Shown here: piece after piece, positions 56,424-59,658 of the stretch
Numbering within the stretch: the stretch's first letter is position 1
Layout of the letters: every line of letters begins with the position of its first letter
From: Acidimicrobiaceae bacterium
GTDB taxonomy: Bacteria > Actinomycetota > Acidimicrobiia > Acidimicrobiales > Aldehydirespiratoraceae
DNA length: 59,658 bases
NCBI GenBank assembly: GCA_002729125.1
Contig: PBTQ01000053.1
Span: 1 to 59,658 of the forward strand
Direction: 5' to 3'
The notes under the pieces: model-generated
Database searches by the model: none
The model's input: only the letters and a program-made list of their open reading frames with translations
Told to the model about the DNA's origin: nothing
Translations under genes and position numbers: made by a program

Positions 56424-57028
56424 TCGGTTCGTTGCGTGGTCGTCTGCTCGACCGTGGGCCCGACGGCGAACTTCTCATCGAGGTCGGTGGTGTTGGTCAT
56501 CGGGTGCAGGTCACGCCGTCGACCTCGGTCACGATCGGCGAACTCGACGGCGAGGTGTTCTTGCACACGCATCACAGCGTTCGAGAAGATTCTGAGACGC
56601 TCTACGGCTTCGCCACCATCGCCGAACGGCGGGTGTTCGAGTCATTGATCTCGGCCCATGGCGTCGGCCCGGCACTCGGTTTGGCGATTCTGTCGGTGCA
56701 TGGCCCCGACGCCTTGCGTCGAGCCGTCGCCGAGGACGATGTCGCTGCGCTCTGCCTCGTTCCCGGCGTCGGGAAGAAGACGGCGGCTCGGCTCGTGATG
56801 GAGCTGAAGTCGAAGCTCAATCTGCCAGAAGGCCAGGTCGTCGTGCCGTCCGCAGACGGCGGACAGACGTCGGCGAGCGGCGATTCCCGGGCCGATGTCC
56901 GCACCGCACTCGAAGGTCTGGGCTACGGCGCCGACGAGATCCATGCCGTTCTGGTCGACCTGCCCACCGAGGGTGATGTGGGCAGGTTGCTCAAGGATGC
57001 ACTTCGTCGGCTCGCTTCGGGTGTTTGA
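56420..57028 (+). CDS. ruvA: Holliday junction branch migration protein
   Basis: MIGSLRG, VREDS..LYGF, GVGP, PGVGKKTA, ALEGLGY. Confidence 0.96.
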   Translation: MIGSLRGRLLDRGPDGELLIEVGGVGHRVQVTPSTSVTIGELDGEVFLHTHHSVREDSETLYGFATIAERRVFESLISAHGVGPALGLAILSVHGPDALRRAVAEDDVAALCLVPGVGKKTAARLVMELKSKLNLPEGQVVVPSADGGQTSASGDSRADVRTALEGLGYGADEIHAVLVDLPTEGDVGRLLKDALRRLASGV

Positions 57029-57065
57029 TCCCGTGCCTGTTGCCCCTGACTGCTAGGAACTCCGC

Positions 57066-58127
57066 ATGGCCCGCGAAGAACTCCTCTCACCGGACGACCA
57101 GCCCGAGGATGCCGGCCTGCTGCTTGACGAGCCTGGGCTGCGGCCCAAGACGCTGGCGGAGTTTGTTGGCCAGTCCGAACTGAAAGGGCATCTCGGGGTC
57201 ATGCTCGGCGCTGCGGCTCGTCGTCGAGAAGCTGCCGACCATCTGCTCTTCGCCGGTCCGCCCGGCCTCGGAAAAACCACGCTCGCCAACATCATCGCCG
57301 CCGAGATGGGCACCAACCTGCAGGTGACGTCGGGCCCGGCCCTCGAACGAGCAGGTGATCTGGCGTCGATTCTTTCGAAGCTTGAGGACGGTGATGTGCT
57401 GTTCATCGACGAGATTCACCGCCTGCCTCGTCCCGTTGAAGAGGTTCTATATCCGGCGATGGAGGACTTCCGCATCGATGTCGTGCTCGGCAAGGGCCCG
57501 GCCGCTCGCTCGATCCCGCTCGATCTTGCCCGTTTCACGCTCGTCGGTGCCACCACTCGTACCGGCCTGATTACCGGCCCGCTGCGCGATCGCTTCGGTC
57601 TCGTGGCCCGCCTCGACTACTACGAGGTCGACGACCTCCAATCGATCGCGATGCGGGCGGCTGGCATCCTTGAGGTCGACATCGACGAGGGCGGCGCCTA
57701 TGAGATCGCCCGCCGGTCTCGCGGGACCCCTCGGATCGCCAACCGGTTGCTGCGACAGGTGCGCGACTATGCCGAGGTCGAACGCGACGGCCACATCTCA
57801 GCCGAGGTCGCCAAGGACGGCCTCGCGTTCTTCGGTGTCGACGAGCTCGGTCTCGACAAGGCCAGCCGGGCGGTGCTCGATTCTGTGTGCCGCCGTTTCG
57901 GAGGCGGTCCGGTGGGTCTCTCGACCCTCGCCATCTCGGTCAGCGAGCCCACCGAGACCGTCGAGGACGTCTATGAGCCGTACCTCATCCAGCAAGGCCT
58001 GTTGATGCGCACCCCGCGAGGCCGCGTTGCCACGCCAGCCGCCTATACCCACCTAGGCATGGCGCCTCCTCCGGCTGCACCGGCCGGCTCTGAACCGCAG
58101 AGCGGCTTGTTCGATTCCGACGACTAG
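57066..58127 (+). CDS. ruvB: Holliday junction branch migration ATPase
   Basis: [51 protein letters not shown]. Confidence 0.98.
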   Translation: MAREELLSPDDQPEDAGLLLDEPGLRPKTLAEFVGQSELKGHLGVMLGAAARRREAADHLLFAGPPGLGKTTLANIIAAEMGTNLQVTSGPALERAGDLASILSKLEDGDVLFIDEIHRLPRPVEEVLYPAMEDFRIDVVLGKGPAARSIPLDLARFTLVGATTRTGLITGPLRDRFGLVARLDYYEVDDLQSIAMRAAGILEVDIDEGGAYEIARRSRGTPRIANRLLRQVRDYAEVERDGHISAEVAKDGLAFFGVDELGLDKASRAVLDSVCRRFGGGPVGLSTLAISVSEPTETVEDVYEPYLIQQGLLMRTPRGRVATPAAYTHLGMAPPPAAPAGSEPQSGLFDSDD

Positions 58128-58177
58128 TTGGGCGCCTCACGAGCGGGACGTGAGCAAAAACTCCTAGCCTCGGCCGG

Positions 58178-59182
58178 GTGACGGATCGCCCTGAGACGCT
58201 CGCCGACATCGACTACGACCTCCCAGCAGAACGCATCGCCCAGGTACCGATCGAGCCGCGCGACGCCGCTCGACTGCTCGTCGACCGACGCGATCATGTT
58301 GAGCATCGCCATTTGCGCGATCTGCCCGACCTGTTGCTCCCCGGCGATCTTGTCGTCGTCAACGACACCAAAGTCCTGCCCGCTCGGATTCCGGTCCGTC
58401 GTTCTACTGGTGGCGCCGCCGAGATCCTGCTTCTCGAGGAGCGCGACGATGGTTCGTGGGAGGCTCTCGCGAAGCCGAGCAGGAAGCTCAAGCCCGGCGA
58501 TGTCGTCACCGCGGAGGGACTGGCGGTCGAGATCGGGGAGGATCTCGGCGACGGCCGTCGGGCTGTGTGTCTCGATCCAAACGATGCTGACCTGCACGAT
58601 CGGCTGGCGGAGGTCGGGCTTCCGCCGCTTCCGCCGTACATAGAAAATCAGATCGACGACCCTTCTCGGTACCAGACTGTCTACGCCGACCGCCCGCTCT
58701 CGGCCGCTGCGCCCACTGCCGGCCTGCATTTCACCCCGGCCCTTCTCGATGCACTACGGGCGAACGGCATCGCCATAACGACCGTGGAACTCGCTGTCGG
58801 CCTCGACACCTTCCGTCCGGTGATGGTTGACCGCCTTGACGACCATGTGATGCACAGCGAGTGGTACCGGGTGCCCGATGAGACGGTCACCGCCGTTGAG
58901 GCAGCCGAGCGAGTCGTCGCGATCGGCACCACCGTCGTGCGCTCGCTCGAGTCGTGGAAGGCCACCGGTGAGCAATCGGGTCGAAGCAGTCTCTTCATTC
59001 GACGCCCGTACGCATGGAAGGCGGTCGATGTGTTGCTCACGAACTTCCACCTGCCTCAGTCGACGCTGTTGTGCTTGGTCGACGGCTTTGTCGGCCCTCG
59101 CTGGCGGGAGCTATACGAGACGGCGGTCGCCGAGGACTACCGCTTTCTCAGTTTCGGCGACGCCATGTTGCTGGAGCGCTGA
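58178..59182 (+). CDS. queA: S-adenosylmethionine:tRNA ribosyltransferase-isomerase
   Basis: DYDLP..RIAQ.P, NDTKV.PAR, PLPPYI, YQTVYA, AAPTAGLHF, TNFHLP.STL, FLSFGDAM. Confidence 0.96.
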   Translation: MTDRPETLADIDYDLPAERIAQVPIEPRDAARLLVDRRDHVEHRHLRDLPDLLLPGDLVVVNDTKVLPARIPVRRSTGGAAEILLLEERDDGSWEALAKPSRKLKPGDVVTAEGLAVEIGEDLGDGRRAVCLDPNDADLHDRLAEVGLPPLPPYIENQIDDPSRYQTVYADRPLSAAAPTAGLHFTPALLDALRANGIAITTVELAVGLDTFRPVMVDRLDDHVMHSEWYRVPDETVTAVEAAERVVAIGTTVVRSLESWKATGEQSGRSSLFIRRPYAWKAVDVLLTNFHLPQSTLLCLVDGFVGPRWRELYETAVAEDYRFLSFGDAMLLER

Positions 59183-59211
59183 CCCCGGTCGGGTCCCGTA
59201 GCATCGGGGCG

Positions 59212-59658
59212 ATGCGCGCGAACTTCGTCGAGACGGCCCGAGATGGGCAGGCCCGTTGTGGCGTGGTGACCACGGCCCGTGGCGAGTTCACGACCCCGCG
59301 TTTCATGCCGGTCGGCACTCGCGGAGCGATCGTGCATCTCGATGCGAGCGACGTTGAAGCGCTTGGCGCCCAGGTCATCCTGGCCAACACCTACCACCTC
59401 ATGATGCGACCCGGCGCCGAGGTCGTCGAGGCGCTCGGCGGCATCCACGGCATGGCCGACTGGGATGGTCACATCCTCACCGACTCGGGCGGTTACCAGA
59501 TCTTCTCCCTCGGACCCGAACTGTCCGACGCGGGCGCCACGTTCAAGTCGACCTACGACGGCTCGACCCACCTCCTCACGCCGGAAGGCGCGGTCGACGT
59601 GCAGGCCAAGATCGGTGCCGACATCCAGATGGTGCTTGACGTCTGCCCGTCGTCGATC
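59212..59658 (+). CDS. tgt: tRNA-guanine transglycosylase (partial; runs off the window)
   Basis: Translated by hand: ...TPRFMPVGT...LANTYHL..RPG...LTDSGGYQIFSL; follows queA. Confidence 0.95.
   Translation, partial: MRANFVETARDGQARCGVVTTARGEFTTPRFMPVGTRGAIVHLDASDVEALGAQVILANTYHLMMRPGAEVVEALGGIHGMADWDGHILTDSGGYQIFSLGPELSDAGATFKSTYDGSTHLLTPEGAVDVQAKIGADIQMVLDVCPSSI

Overview
High-GC chromosomal window from an actinobacterium, most consistent with an aquatic Acidimicrobiia lineage. This assignment is an inference from gene content: the thrS-HIT-pgsA-patA-pimA-pdxST-yebC-ruvCAB-queA-tgt block, a mshC-like ligase, fabI, SLH proteins, two rhodopsins and many apparently leaderless genes. About 55 CDSs and one tRNA-Val(CAC) are supported; I saw no integrase, transposase, CRISPR array or rRNA. 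The best candidate for an undescribed system is 30892-33977. A small two-TM leader ORF ending in RRGPP, a RAPP/RGPP-type ribosome-arrest motif, has its last codons complementary to the Shine-Dalgarno region of a three-gene operon. That operon encodes a His-rich lipoprotein, a cupredoxin-like lipoprotein and a His-containing multipass membrane protein, suggesting an arrest-peptide-gated metal-handling envelope module. Other highlights: an SLH-anchored subtilisin+trypsin double protease whose trypsin domain appears inserted inside an FN3 domain; a DTE proton-pump rhodopsin with a duplicated promoter segment; a heliorhodopsin; an AcnB-type aconitase; a LemA partner that has lost the M48 HEXXH motif; and probable CTG start codons. 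All calls come from reading motifs by eye; no database search was run.
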